A stretch of 64,000 nucleotides of DNA, taken from contig NC_057719.1 in NCBI RefSeq assembly GCF_004010195.1, forward strand, positions 2,017,280 through 2,081,279, in the 5' to 3' direction. The notes under the pieces are model-generated. The model was given only the letters and a program-made list of their open reading frames with translations. It made no database searches and was not told the DNA's origin. Source of the DNA: Chiloscyllium plagiosum (lineage: Eukaryota). The position numbers and the translations under genes are program-made. This document shows positions 49,178 to 61,156 of this stretch, piece by piece. How positions within the stretch are numbered: the stretch's first letter is position 1; every line of letters begins with the position of its first letter.

Positions 49178-49835
49178 TGTAACGATACTGTGCCTTTGAG
49201 ATGTGTTCTGTTCTGTTTCTTGTGCAGAGGGGTTTTGTCACAATACTGCTGAACTATCTCCTTTACACAGGGAGTTGGTAAACATCTTTGAGTTCACTTT
49301 GAGTATTTTTTTAAGGTAAGAGAAAAGAATTGTGAGTGGGCATGGTCAGTCTCACACAGATTCACAAGAAAACTTTAGTTTCATTTTCAGTGGGTTGAGT
49401 GGGTTTTTCTGGGTGCTGGAGTGGAAACCTTGAGTTCACTGTTGCTAGAGTGAGTTTCTCTTAAACATCAAAAGAAACAGTTTGTTTCTTTCGATGGGAC
49501 TGGAGAGAGGCAGCACATGAGAATAATAACTGCTGCTGAATTGCCTTTGCCAAAGGTGTGTTAATGGATGCTGCCTACATTGGAACAGTTGATGATTAGT
49601 TGTTATATAATACATTATTTTGTTAAGTATTTTAATAGAGTAAAGTTATGCCAGTTCTTCTTTTTGTATTTTATCTGTGTTGTAAGAATAAAATGTGTTT
49701 TGATTGAAGTTTAGAGGTGGACCAATGTAGTCCTATCTGGAACACAGTACCTTACACTCTACTTGTAAAAAAAGTCTAAATGCTAAAGTCTAGGCTATCT
49801 CCATAATATACTTTGGGGAGGGGGTCTGGTGTGGT
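49178..49835 (+). mobile_element. LTR-like element, possibly followed by decayed internal sequence
   Basis: Starts TGTAACG and contains AATAAA (~49688); composition resembles the 1806-2505 LTR. The 3' boundary is unclear. Confidence 0.45.
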
Positions 49836-49911
49836 TGCCTGAGAGGCCAGGTAAAATTCATCTACTGTGTAAGCCTAACTCAGTGTTATAATTCAATTAT
49901 TTGGGATAGTT

Positions 49912-50217
49912 AAGGTCTTTTCCGCAGGGTGGGGGAGTCCAGAACCAGAGGGCATAGGTTGAGGGTGAGAGGAGAAAAGATATAATAGGGGCAACTTTTT
50001 CACACAGAGGGTGGTGTGTGTATGGAATGAGCTGCCAGAGGAAGTGGTGGAGGCTGGTACAATTGCAACATTTAAAAGGCATCTGGATGGGTATATGAAT
50101 AGGAAGGATATGGGCCGGGTGCAGGCAGGTGGGACTAGATTGGGTTGGGATATCTGGTCGGCATGGACGGGTTGGACCGAAGGGTCTGTTTCCATGCTGT
50201 ACATCTCTATGACTCTA
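49912..50217 (+). mobile_element. CR1 LINE 3' end
   Basis: Same sequence as the copies at 5.5 and 19.3 kb. Confidence 0.85.
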
Positions 50218-50374
50218 CTTGTGGGGCTACCTAGTTGATGCTTCTATGGTAGGGACCCTGGGCCATTCAATCTGGATGCTGGCGATAAAGGAAATTTCGG
50301 GGGCTTTTTCTTATGCTGTATTTTGATTGGTTGCTAAGGGAAATCTGGGGACACTAGCAAAAGAGCCAAAAATC

Positions 50375-50512
50375 CCAAAGAACTGTGGGTGCTGGAAATC
50401 AGAAACTAAACCCCCACCCCCAGAAATTGCTGGAGAAACTCAGGTCTAGCAGCATCCGTGGAGAGAAAACAGAGTTAACGTTTCAGGTTCAGTGACACTT
50501 CCTCAGAACTCC
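50375..50512 (-). mobile_element. Penelope-type family C element with a decayed hammerhead
   Basis: Minus strand GAGUU-CUGAGGA-A-gugucacugaaccu-GAAAC-GUU-AACUC. Stem I is perfect; stem II is mutated. Confidence 0.6.
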
Positions 50513-50892
50513 ATGAATCGTTTGCCAAGGACTGAGCACATTTTAACTGGGAGCAAAGATGTTTGTCAGTGAATTGGCAGGAAGTTTTATAGGAAGTTAA
50601 GTTCTGTATTGATCAGCAGTCTTCTGTTGAGTCGAATAGGTTTTTTAGACTCCTCCAGGCGTAATTCCCAATTTGTAGTCAGTTGAATCTTAACTAGAAG
50701 ACTTTGGCTGTGAAGTCTTTTCAGTACATCATGAGGTTATAGAGGATGCCACAGGGATGCAAGCTCTTCAGTGGGGACGTATTGGAGGCTCTGTCAGGCT
50801 TAAAAAACACACAAATCCCCTGGCCTGGGTGAATTGCATCCCGTACTGCTATGGGAGGCGAGGCAGGAAGTACTTAACTTAGCCTTGGGCAA

Positions 50893-51270
50893 CCGTGCAA
50901 ACTCCACCCAGATGTTCTCCCCTTGTCTGAGTGGGTTTCCTCTGGGTGCTCCAGTTTCCTCCTGCAGACCAAAGATGTGGAGGTTACGGTGGATTGGCCA
51001 TTCCAAATTACCCCATAGTGTTCAATGATATGCAGATAAGGGTGAACTGGCCATTCCAAATTACCCCATAGCGTTCAACGATGTGCAGGTTAGGGTGGAA
51101 TGGCCATACTGCATTGCCCTATAGTGTCCAGTGATGTGCACGCTAATTGGATTAGCCATGGGAAGTGCAGGGTTACAGGGATAGGGTAGGGGACTGGGTC
51201 TGGGATGCTTTTCGGAGGATCTTTGTAGACTGGATGAACTGAATGGCCTGCTTACACACTGTAGGGATTG
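50893..51270 (+). mobile_element. HE1-like SINE with an internal ~50-bp triplication
   Basis: tggccattccaaattaccccatag...gatgtgcag repeated. Confidence 0.7.
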
Positions 51271-52809
51271 TGGAGTAGCAGGAGACCACAATCGGGCTGG
51301 AAGGGAGAAGCTGTGCAGGGAGCTTGCTACCCAGTAACCTGCGCTAGGGGAGAGGACTGTCTGGAATATGGGCACGGTTATGATCGTCTGCGGTTCACCA
51401 CTTGGTTGAATAGTCAATCTTCTTCCAGATGCTGACCTGTTCCTCACCCACATCCCCACCCCCCCAAAATAAAATTCTCATACATCCTCAGTGATCCACT
51501 CGGAGGATGAGAGAGTGACCCAGGGAGCTATAGGATGCTCACTTTGTGCTCTGCAGCAATGTGTAGTAAGGAGTTAGCAAGCAGTCGGTGCAAGTGTTGT
51601 GTTGGAGCCCGGGCTGTTTGGCTGTTGCAGTATGTGTGTAGTGCTGGCGCGAACTAACTGTGTCGCGGGAAAGGCTGCAACTTAATCCGATAAAGGTCAC
51701 TGAGTGGGTCTCCAGCCACCTGTTGAGATCCTTTCTGACTTCAGCAGCCAAATGTTTAACTAAAGCTGCGAAGAGTTGGAATGTTTACATTCAGAAAAGC
51801 TCAAGATCATTAATTTCCTAAGCTCAAGACCCATTTGAGGTGACATTCAGGCCTTAAAAGGGAAATTTAGGGGAGTCTGCTCTGCCATAGCCTCTTGTAT
51901 TGCCCAGTCTAAACCCTACTCCACCATCCAATATTCTTCAACCCTTGTTCAGGAACAAGCGGTTACTTTTCCTGCAGCAGTGTGTTGCCAGTTACACAAA
52001 ATCCTCTCTCTCTCTCTGTGACTATAAGCTTTAAACCCGACTTGGTGATGACTTCCTGAAATAATTTCGACTTTCACGCAGACAGCTGTGAACATGTGGT
52101 ATGAGGTGCAAGAATGTGCAGTGATGTCAGTCCCTAATCTGCACCTTGTGGTTAATTTTAAATCGCATTTCTGTCAAGCTCTGTCCAGTTTTTATGCTGG
52201 GAACATGCAGCTTGAATGGAATATTCAAGACAATTTTCATTCCGTTGCTGACACCATATCTTGGAAATTTTAAGGTTTGTTCATTTAAAAAGGACAGTGA
52301 GATGTGAACGGCTTTCTGGATTGCTTGTGTGCATCTCCGTCAGGGATTCAGTAGGAAAGGGGAGCTGTTTGTAATTTCCTTGTAATTTAGTTCCTCACTT
52401 GCTTGTTTAAATGGGAGTGTGTAACCTTTGACTCTTCCGGCTGTGCGCTATTTAATTGCAGGGGGCATCTATGATTCCCAAATCAGTTGAACCGACAGAT
52501 TTTCAGTGTAGCGTTTTGAAAACCTAAATGGATTACAGCACAGAAGGGGGCCATTTAATCTGTGTGTCCATGTTGAATTCTTGTCAAGTTGCTCTGACAA
52601 GTCCCATTGCCACACCTTTTCTCCAGAGCCTTGTAAACCTTTTCCTTCTTGTGAATCTTTTTTTTTTGCACTCTCTCCAATGCCCTCACATCCTTCTCAA
52701 AGTGCTTAGTTCAGAATTGGACGCACTGTTCCAACTGCAGCCAAACCAGTGCCTTACAAAGGTTTGCCCTGATGTGGCGATGCTGGTGTTGGACTAGGGT
52801 GGACACAGT

Positions 52810-52935
52810 CCGAAGTCACACGACACCAGGTTATAGTCCAACAGGTTTATTTCAAATCACAAGTTTTCAGCACAGTGCTCCGAAAGCTCAAATAAACCTG
52901 TTGGACTATAACATGGTGTCATATGACTTCGGACT
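52810..52935. mobile_element. Palindromic family-B Penelope-type element
   Basis: gttatagtccaacaggtttattt and aaataaacctgttggactataac form inverted arms. Confidence 0.75.
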
Positions 52936-53339
52936 TTTTACAAAGATTCGGAAAAGTTTCCATTTTACGTGCTCACTGCCCCTATTTGTAAATCCCAAGA
53001 TACCTTTCTCCTTATTAATTGCCCTGCTACATTCTACAATCTGTGCACAGATATGCCCAGTTTTTCTGCACCTGCACCCTCTTCAGAATTGTATCCTTTA
53101 TATTCCTTTGTCTCATTTTTCCTTCTGAAATGTATCTTTTCACTCTTCAGTCATGTAGTTATAAAAAGTGATGGCATTAGCTTCTAAAAGATTCAGAGAA
53201 TTTCGTTTCATAGACACCCTACAGTGTGGAAGCAGGCCACTTGGCCCAACAAGTCCACACAGATCCTGACAGGGTAGTTTCCCTGATTTTTCAAGCCAGC
53301 GTTTATTTATTCTTTATTATTGCACCAGTTAGAAGTGCC

Positions 53340-53820
53340 GCTGTCGGAGGTAATGGATTAGCATGGACTGAGGATTGGTTCACACACACAAGACAGAGTC
53401 AGGCTTAATGGGTCTTTTCCAGGTTGGAGAGATGTAACAGCCGGAGTGTCGTATGGTTCAGTTCTGGAGCCCTGACTACTTGCTGTCCGTGTGAATGACT
53501 TGGTGGAGGGGCAGAGTGTAACGTATCTAAATTTGTTGATGATACAAAAAAGAGGTAGGAGGGCATATTGTGGTGAGGCCTTCAGGAATCTGTTAACGGG
53601 TCTGGGCAGGTTAAGTGACTGGGCCAAACCTGGGCAGCTGGAGTTTAATGGAGGGAAGTGAGCTGGGACGCACTGTGGTAGGAAGAATCAAAAGGCAGAC
53701 GATTATTTAAATGGAGAAATACTAAAAAAAAGGGCAGCCAGGAATCTGGGCGTTCTTAGGCATACAATACAAAAGGTTAGGATGCAAGTAATTAAGACAA
53801 TGGAATTTTTGCCTTTTCAC
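53340..53820 (+). mobile_element. Decayed CR1 RT fragment
   Basis: Degenerate GV..GSVL.P, SKF.DDTK and W..EFN coding. Confidence 0.65.
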
Positions 53821-54812
53821 ACAATCATAGAATCCCTGTGGGGTGGAAAAAGGCCATTCGGCCCGTCGAGTCCAAACCCACCCTCCGAAGAGTATCCCAC
53901 CCAGACCCAGCTCCTTACCCTATCCCCCAACCGTGTATTTGTCCCATGGCTAACCCCCCTGGCCTACACATCCCTCAACACTATGAGCAAGTGAAGCATG
54001 GCCAGTCCACCGAACCTGCGCATGTTTGGACTCTGGGAGGTAACCGGAGCACCCGGATAAACCTGTGCAGACACTGAGAGAACGTGCTATAGAAATGCAA
54101 GATTTCTTCACCTGTGTGATACTTACTTCAAAGGTTTTCCTGGGACCAAGAATGAAGGTGAATTTGAGCCAATGGTGCTAAACACCCTTTGGCTTATGAT
54201 GCGTCTTTGCCAGTGTTTGTTTCTGAATAACTATTTAAACCTCTGCCATTCCAGCAATTCAGTTTGAAAATTATAAATAGTGACTGACAGAAATGGCCAG
54301 GACAACGATTAAAGGTTTTTTGTGATTGTCAGTGGTCTGGCTGTATATCCGTGTTGGTTGAATAATGACCCTGTAGCACTATGAGAGAATGAATAAACCC
54401 AGCATTGTGTCACATCTTCTGTGTGGGTGCCCGTGAGCAGCTTACAGCCAGTTCTGCCTTTTATGTTGAAGTTCAGGAAAAGGCAGAAGCCAATTTGCGC
54501 ACAGCAAGCTCCCATAAACGATACAGTCCCGAAACGTTGACTTCCCCTCCTCCTGATGCCGCCTGGCAAGCTGTGTTCTCCCATCCTCCTGCCTGTCTAC
54601 CCATAAACAGCAAGCTGACTCAATGAAAGATAAATATTCTCATCAGGCATAACTCCTATTCAGACAAGAACAGTACGATGGGACCTTTTAATGTTCCTCC
54701 AGTGGGGAATTAGGATTGTTTTAATCTGAAAAAGCAACAGATCTGACTGTGTGGGTCTTCCATTTGATTAGAGAGTCAGCCTGGATTGGTTTCCGCCCAC
54801 ACTCTTTCCTCA

Positions 54813-56026
54813 AAGTGGAGAGTGGTGAATGTTGTGCCCCTGTTCAAAAAAGGGAGTAGGGATAACCCCGGGAATTACAGGCCAGTTAGTCTTACTTCGG
54901 TGGTAGGCAAAGTAATGGAAAGGGTACTGAGGGATAGGATTTATGAGTATCTGGAAAGACACTACTTGATTAGGGCCAGCCAGCACGGATTTGTGAAGGG
55001 TAGGTCATGCCTTACAAGTCTTATTGAATTCTTCGAGGAGGTGACCAAGCATGTGGATGAGGGAAGAGCAGTGGATGTAGTGTACATGGATTTCAGTAAG
55101 GCATTTGATAAGGTTCCCCATGGTAGGCTTATGCGGAAAGTCAGGAGGCATGGGAAAGTGGGAAGTTTGGCCAGTTGGATAGAGAACTGGCTAACCGGTC
55201 AAAGTCAGAGAGTGGTGGTAGATGGTAAATATTCAGCCTGGAGCCCAGTTACAAGTCGAGTTCCGCAGGGATCAGTTCTGGGTCCTCCGCTGTTTGTAAT
55301 TTTTATTAATGACTTGGAAGAGAGAGTCGAAGGGTNNNNNNNNNNNNNNNNNNNNNNNNNNNNNNNNNNNNNNNNNNNNNNNNNNNNNNNNNNNNNNNNN
55401 NNNNNNNNNNNNNNNNNNNNNNNNNNNNNNNNNNNNNNNNNNNNNNNNNNNNNNNNNNNNNNNNNNNNNNNNNNNNNNNNNNNNNNNNNNNNNNNNNNNN
55501 NNNNNNNNNNNNNNNNNNNNNNNNNNNNNNNNNNNNNNNNNNNNNNNNNNNNNNNNNNNNNNNNNNNNNNNNNNNNNNNNNNNNNNNNNNNNNNNNNNNN
55601 NNNNNNNNNNNNNNNNNNNNNNNNNNNNNNNNNNNNNNNNNNNNNNNNNNNNNNNNNNNNNNNNNNNNNNNNNNNNNNNNNNNNNNNNNNNNNNNNNNNN
55701 NNNNNNNNNNNNNNNNNNNNNNNNNNNNNNNNNNNNNNNNNNNNNNNNNNNNNNNNNNNNNNNNNNNNNNNNNNNNNNNNNNNNNNNNNNNNNNNNNNNN
55801 NNNNNNNNNNNNNNNNNNNNNNNNNNNNNNNNNNNNNNNNNNNNNNNNNNNNNNNNNNNNNNNNNNNNNCTGCCTGTGGGAGTGGCAGAGTCAGAATCAT
55901 TGGTGACCTTTAAGCGGCAATTGGATAGGTACATGGATGGGTGCTTAAGCTAGGACAAATGTTTGGCACAACATCGTGGGCCGAAGGGCCTGTTCTGTGC
56001 TGTATTGTTCTATGTTCTATGTTCTA
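54813..56026 (+). mobile_element. Young CR1 LINE (open RT frame, gap, 3' tail)
   Basis: [32 protein letters not shown]...[12 protein letters not shown]...[11 protein letters not shown]...VPQGSVLGP; (ttctatg)n tail. Confidence 0.92.
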
Positions 56027-56789
56027 AAGTGATTTCCTCCTAAGAACTGGTGCGAGAATAGACATAGGGTGTCTCAGTTATGAGCGTCTGACTTATAAGC
56101 CATTCAGGGGTGGAATTTTAAAGACTTGACGTACGAACGTTTCCTGTTCTTATGAATGACTGTACCGTGTTGCAGTGTGTTCTGACCTGTGTACAGATTG
56201 ACTTGTAAACTGACTCTAGAATGGAACCCATTCACAGCTTGTACGTCATTGAGAGTGTTGGGGCCCACATGGTGCAAACCTTGCTCCCCATGTCCACCAC
56301 TCCTTTAATGTTGTTCTCTCTGACCCATTAGGTTGGACACTTGGATTTTAACACCCTGGCCTAAAGGAGGAATATGGAAAAAAGGCATATTTGTCAAACG
56401 TTTGTAAATTGCACTCACTAATTCACAATTTTCAAAGCTTTGACAAAACTTTTTTATTTTCGCTCAGCGGTACTCAAGCTCTGTACTCGCAAATGGCTGG
56501 GTCACTAAAGGAATTAGAATCCTGCCTTCACAAAACAAAGGAAAGATGTGGGATAAGGTGAAGAGCCAAGGCCTTTTACCTAGGGTAGGGGAGTCGACAG
56601 CTAAAAGGTGAAGGTTTAAAAGGGTCCTGAGAGGTCTGCGTGGCTGTGTCAGACAAAGGGTCTGTTTCCATGCTATATGACTACTGGTTTTCAGAAGGGA
56701 ATTAGATCATACTTAAAAGTAGAGAAACATTGTAAGACTGCAGGAAAAAGCGCAGGAATATGGGACGAATTGAGATCAGTATTTCAGAG

Positions 56790-57290
56790 GGCAAAACTGA
56801 AGATTGCAGATGCTGGAAATCAGAGTCTAGATTAGAGTGGTGCTAGAAAAGCACAGCAGATCAGGCAGCATCCGAGGAGCAGGAAAATCGACATTTCGGG
56901 CAAAAGCCTTTCATCAGGAACAGAGGCAGGGTGCCTCCGGGGTGCAGAGATAATTGCAGGCTTCCTGCCTCTATTCCTGATGAAAGGCTTTTGCCCGAAA
57001 CGTCGATTTTCCTGCTCCTCGGATGCTGCCTGACCTGCTGTGCTTTTCCAGCACCACTCTGATCCAGACATCAATAATTCAGATAGAAGAAAGTGAGGTC
57101 TGCAGATGCTGGGGATCAGAGCTTAAAAATGTGTTGCTGGAAAAGCGCAGCAGGTCAGGCAGCATCAAAGGAACAGGAGAATCTACGTTTCGGGCATAAG
57201 AAGGGCTTATGCCTGAAACGTCGATTCTCCTTCTCCTTTGATGCTGCCTGACCTGCTGCGCTTTTCCAGCAACACATTTTTAAGCTAAGA
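56790..57290. mobile_element. Two adjacent palindromic Penelope-derived elements (family A)
   Basis: Elements at about 56790-57066 and 57085-57290. atcaataattcaga occurs at 57070-57083 and 57291-57304, with a 12/14 match at 56775-56788. Confidence 0.85.
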
Positions 57291-59394
57291 ATCAATAATT
57301 CAGAGTCAGCACTGGCATAACGGCCAATTGACCTCCTCTGCTGTGAAGTCCTTAGAGATGTGGAGTTGCTATTTTCAAGTTTCTGGTGATACACTGCTGA
57401 TGGACCAAAGGCAGATTATTATTGCAAACATGCTGTAAAGGAGAAAGGGTATCACTCGAACAAAGACACAGTGGATTTGTAGATTCGTATAGTGCTGAAA
57501 AGGCCATTCGGCCCACCACCATCAAGTGTTGGTGCTGAGTCTGAATGTGAAAAGGGACCATTGTTTAGCTTGTCCAGCTGTCCCATGAAGTCCTCAGAGG
57601 TACTTCTGCTATGTGTGATGTAGAATTGAATTTGGTTTGAGTGTCCCTCACGGTGGTCTCTGGTCTGGAATATGTATGTATTTGTTCCTGCCGATACTCG
57701 GTGCTACAATCACACCATTGAGCTGCTTTGGTAGGTCTTCGAAACAGCAGGCTTTCCCCACACGCCAGAGCAGCATGTCTCTCTCTCTCTCTCTCTCTCT
57801 TTTATAGTGGAGGAAGTGCTGAGTTGTTGAGCACAGTGACATTAAGAATTAAAGATCGAAAAGAGTTGGATGTCATCAGTTTCTTGACGTGTTAATTTCC
57901 TTGTGACATGCATCAGCCTGAGAATGAAAGAGCTCAGGATGGGCCGGGAGCTGGTTTGGGAAGGACATTTGGTTCATTAAACCTGCTTCCTGTGAAATTT
58001 CTCCTTGACCTCTTGAGGTAATCTGCTGAAACTCCGGCACATCAATCTAATGTTACAGCCTTGCATTATTTAAGCTTGACTGGTAGTATTCTCCAGATAT
58101 TTCCATTATATTAACAGAACAGGCACCGTGTTCTGTCTAAGTACACATGGATCCACATGGCAGTAACATGGTTTCAATTTGGGTGACAGCTGTGCTTATT
58201 CCTTCATCTTGTACAGTCTCGATGCAGGTTCCCAGCCTGTTGGATTCCAATCTCCTGAGGGAATTCTACAGTGTTTGTGACAGAAAGTTTAAACTAAAGT
58301 TAGCGGCTTAATGCATGGAGACGTGTTTAAATATTTTAACTGAAGCTGTACTTGATGCAATCTCAATTTTTTTTAAAATCTGAAAACTTTCTATTTGCTG
58401 AAATTCGTTGCTGATTAGTTTGACAAAGTAAAATAAAACAGGGCAGTTTGACCCTGGTATTCTAACAGTAAATGCGGCTAATGGCCAATGTTGTCTTCCT
58501 GAGTGTGACTCTATAGCTAATCCGTGCAAAAATATATTTGTGAACCCAGCAAATATTTCCACTAAGTGAATTTGACAGTTTTAAAGGGGAAAAATAAAAT
58601 TCCTCAAATGTGGGTGACTTTTATAAAAAAGAGCTTTAGTTTGCATAAACTGGTTTATCTGCACCCCCCCCCCCAGCTTAGTTGCCAAAGGTAATTGAAT
58701 AGTCCTGCCTTTGATATCGCACTTGAATGTAGCTAGTCAAGCCAATAAACTTCTGAAGCGTGCTGACTGTAATTGACTCTGGAGTTTATTGTAAAAGGAT
58801 CCCTTACACAGCAGAGAGATTAGGAGCCTCCCACCTGTTGCCTTTTCAACATTTTCTTAACCTATCTCCTGCTACCCCCCAGAACTCCTTCCATTGCTTG
58901 CTTCAAAGAATCGGGTTTGTTATTTGAAACTTTAATACGTGTTCCCTGAACATTGGACTCTGGGAATTCTCTTTTCTCTGGATTATAGCTCAGTGTACTG
59001 ACTGTCTAAAACAGAAATGAAGGATTTAACTAATCGTGCTAGTATTAGGTGTAGAGATGACAGCTGTCTCTTAATGTCTTTAGAAATTATTCTATCCTCC
59101 ACAAAGCAAGCTTCTGTATCTTTGTAAAGCATGAAGTTGGAAGCCCTTGAACCTTCAGTTACGTTTTCCTGCATGTTTTTTTTTTCCTTCTCTCATCCTG
59201 CCCCACAGCTTCAGGTTATGAATCTTCCATTTCCAAAAATTGCCACGCAGATCAACCTTCGATTTGAAACTGAATTCTATTTTAAAATGTTTCTGTCACT
59301 CCTGATCTACTGTAAGGGCTGTGAGTCAGGGAAAGATTTGGTATTGCTATTTCCCAGCACAATCTTGACTATGTTTCTGTTTATAGTCAAAGGG

Positions 59395-59593
59395 GCTGGT
59401 GCTGGAAAAGCACAGCAGGTCAGGCAGCATCCGTGAAGCAGGAGAGTTGATGTTTCGGGCATAAGCCCTTCATCAGAGCTTATGCCTGAAACGTCAGTTC
59501 TCCTGCTCCTTGGATGCCGTCTGACCGGCTGTGCTTTTCCAGCACCACTATTTTCAACACTGACCTTCAGCATCTGCAGTCCTGACTTTCTCC
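59395..59593. mobile_element. Palindromic Penelope-derived element (family A)
   Basis: Inverted arms; minus-strand core CUGAUGA-A-GGGC-UUAU-GCCC-GAAAC-AUC. Confidence 0.8.
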
Positions 59594-59929
59594 TATGGTT
59601 GTGTTTCTATTTGTGTATGGGAGAAAGAGAGGCAGAGACTGCACACCCGCCTTCAAGTTGGGGTGGGGAGATCAGTTTATGAACATCCTGGTTTCTGATC
59701 GTGTAAATCTCTGACCAACTTTGAAGAAAGGGTGCTGACAGACATTTCTAAGTTGAGTTGGTGGTGTGTGTGTATTGCTAGTATTGGGATGAGATGACTA
59801 CGGTGTAAGTAACAAAAAGAACAGTGGAATCTCATGAACTCAACTAGAGATCTGGATTAGTGACCAATCCTTTCATCAGGAAATGAGAAATCAAACAAAT
59901 ATGCACGTTGGCTGGGAGTTCCTGAGATT

Positions 59930-60265
59930 GTAGAGTCCTACAGCACAGAAACAGACCCTTTGGTCCAACCAGTCCATGCCAACCATAACCCCAAACTAAA
60001 CTAGTCCCAGCTGTCTGCACTTGGCCCATATCCCTCCAAACCTTTCCTGTTCATGTACTTATCCAAATTTCTTTTAAACATTGTAACTATACCCTCATCT
60101 ACCGCTTCCTCTGGCAGTTCATTCCACACACAAACCACTCTGGGGAAAAAAGGTGCCCCTCCTGTCCTTTTTAAATCGCCTTCAAAATATGCCTCCTAGT
60201 TTTGCACACCCCCACCCTAGGGCAAAGACTCTTATCTCTGCCTGTCATGATTTTATAAACCTCAA
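59930..60265 (-). mobile_element. CR1 3' end
   Basis: Reverse complement of the CR1 3' UTR. Confidence 0.8.
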
Positions 60266-60584
60266 TAAATAGCACAGTCCCTTTAGTAATGCAGGAAACA
60301 CAGCAGCCCATAGGATGCACATAGCAGGCCTGTACAAAAGCCAATCATAAGACCAGGTCGCTTGTTAGTGGTATTTGATATTGACCACAGAATCAGGGCT
60401 GTCGGGGTGGAAACATCCTCTGTCTCCTCGGAATATTGCTGTGGGATGTCCCTCTTCCACCTCAGAGGACAGGCAGGTTTTATAACAAATTCTGGTCTCC
60501 CTAAGATGTTGTTAAACTTGAAAGTGTTTGGAAAAGACAAGGAAGAGTTGCCAGGATTGGCGGGGAGGGTTGAGCTACAGGGAG

Positions 60585-61156
60585 TGTCAGAGGCTGAGGG
60601 GTGACCTTATAGAGGTTTATAAAATCATGAGGGGCATGGATAGGATAAATAGTAAAAGTCTTTTTCCCTGGGGTGGGGGAGTCCAAAACTAGAGGGCATA
60701 GGTTTGACGTGAGAGGGGAAAGATATAAAAGAGACCTAAGGGACAACATTTCCACACAGAGGGTGGAATGAGTTGGAGGGATATGGGCCAAGTGCAGACA
60801 GTTGGGACTAGTTTAGTTTGGGGTTACGGTTGGCATGGACTGGTTGGACCAAAGGGTCTGTTTCTGTGCTGTAGGACTCTACAATCTCAGGAACTCCCAG
60901 CCAACGTGCGTATTTGTTTGATCTTCCTTTCTCATTTCCTGGTGAAAGGATTAGTCCCTAATCCAGATCTCTGGTTGAGGAAGTGGGCAGGTACACTTAC
61001 AGCATTTAAAAGGCATCTGGGTGGGTATATGAATAGGAAGGGTTTGGAGGGATATGGGCTGGGTGCTGGCAAATGGGACTGGATCAGTTTAGGACTCTGG
61101 TTGGTGAGGATAAGTTGGACTGAAAGGTCTGTTTCTGTGCTGTATAACTCTGTGAC
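60585..61156 (+). mobile_element. CR1 3' end interrupted by an inverted copy of 59846-60039
   Basis: LRGDLIEVYKIMRG coding; insertion at 60773-60973. Confidence 0.8.

Noticed and set aside
54786..55913. 375-aa RT ORF as an active LINE or domesticated gene
   Set aside because: 5'-truncated with no endonuclease domain, and half the ORF is gap.
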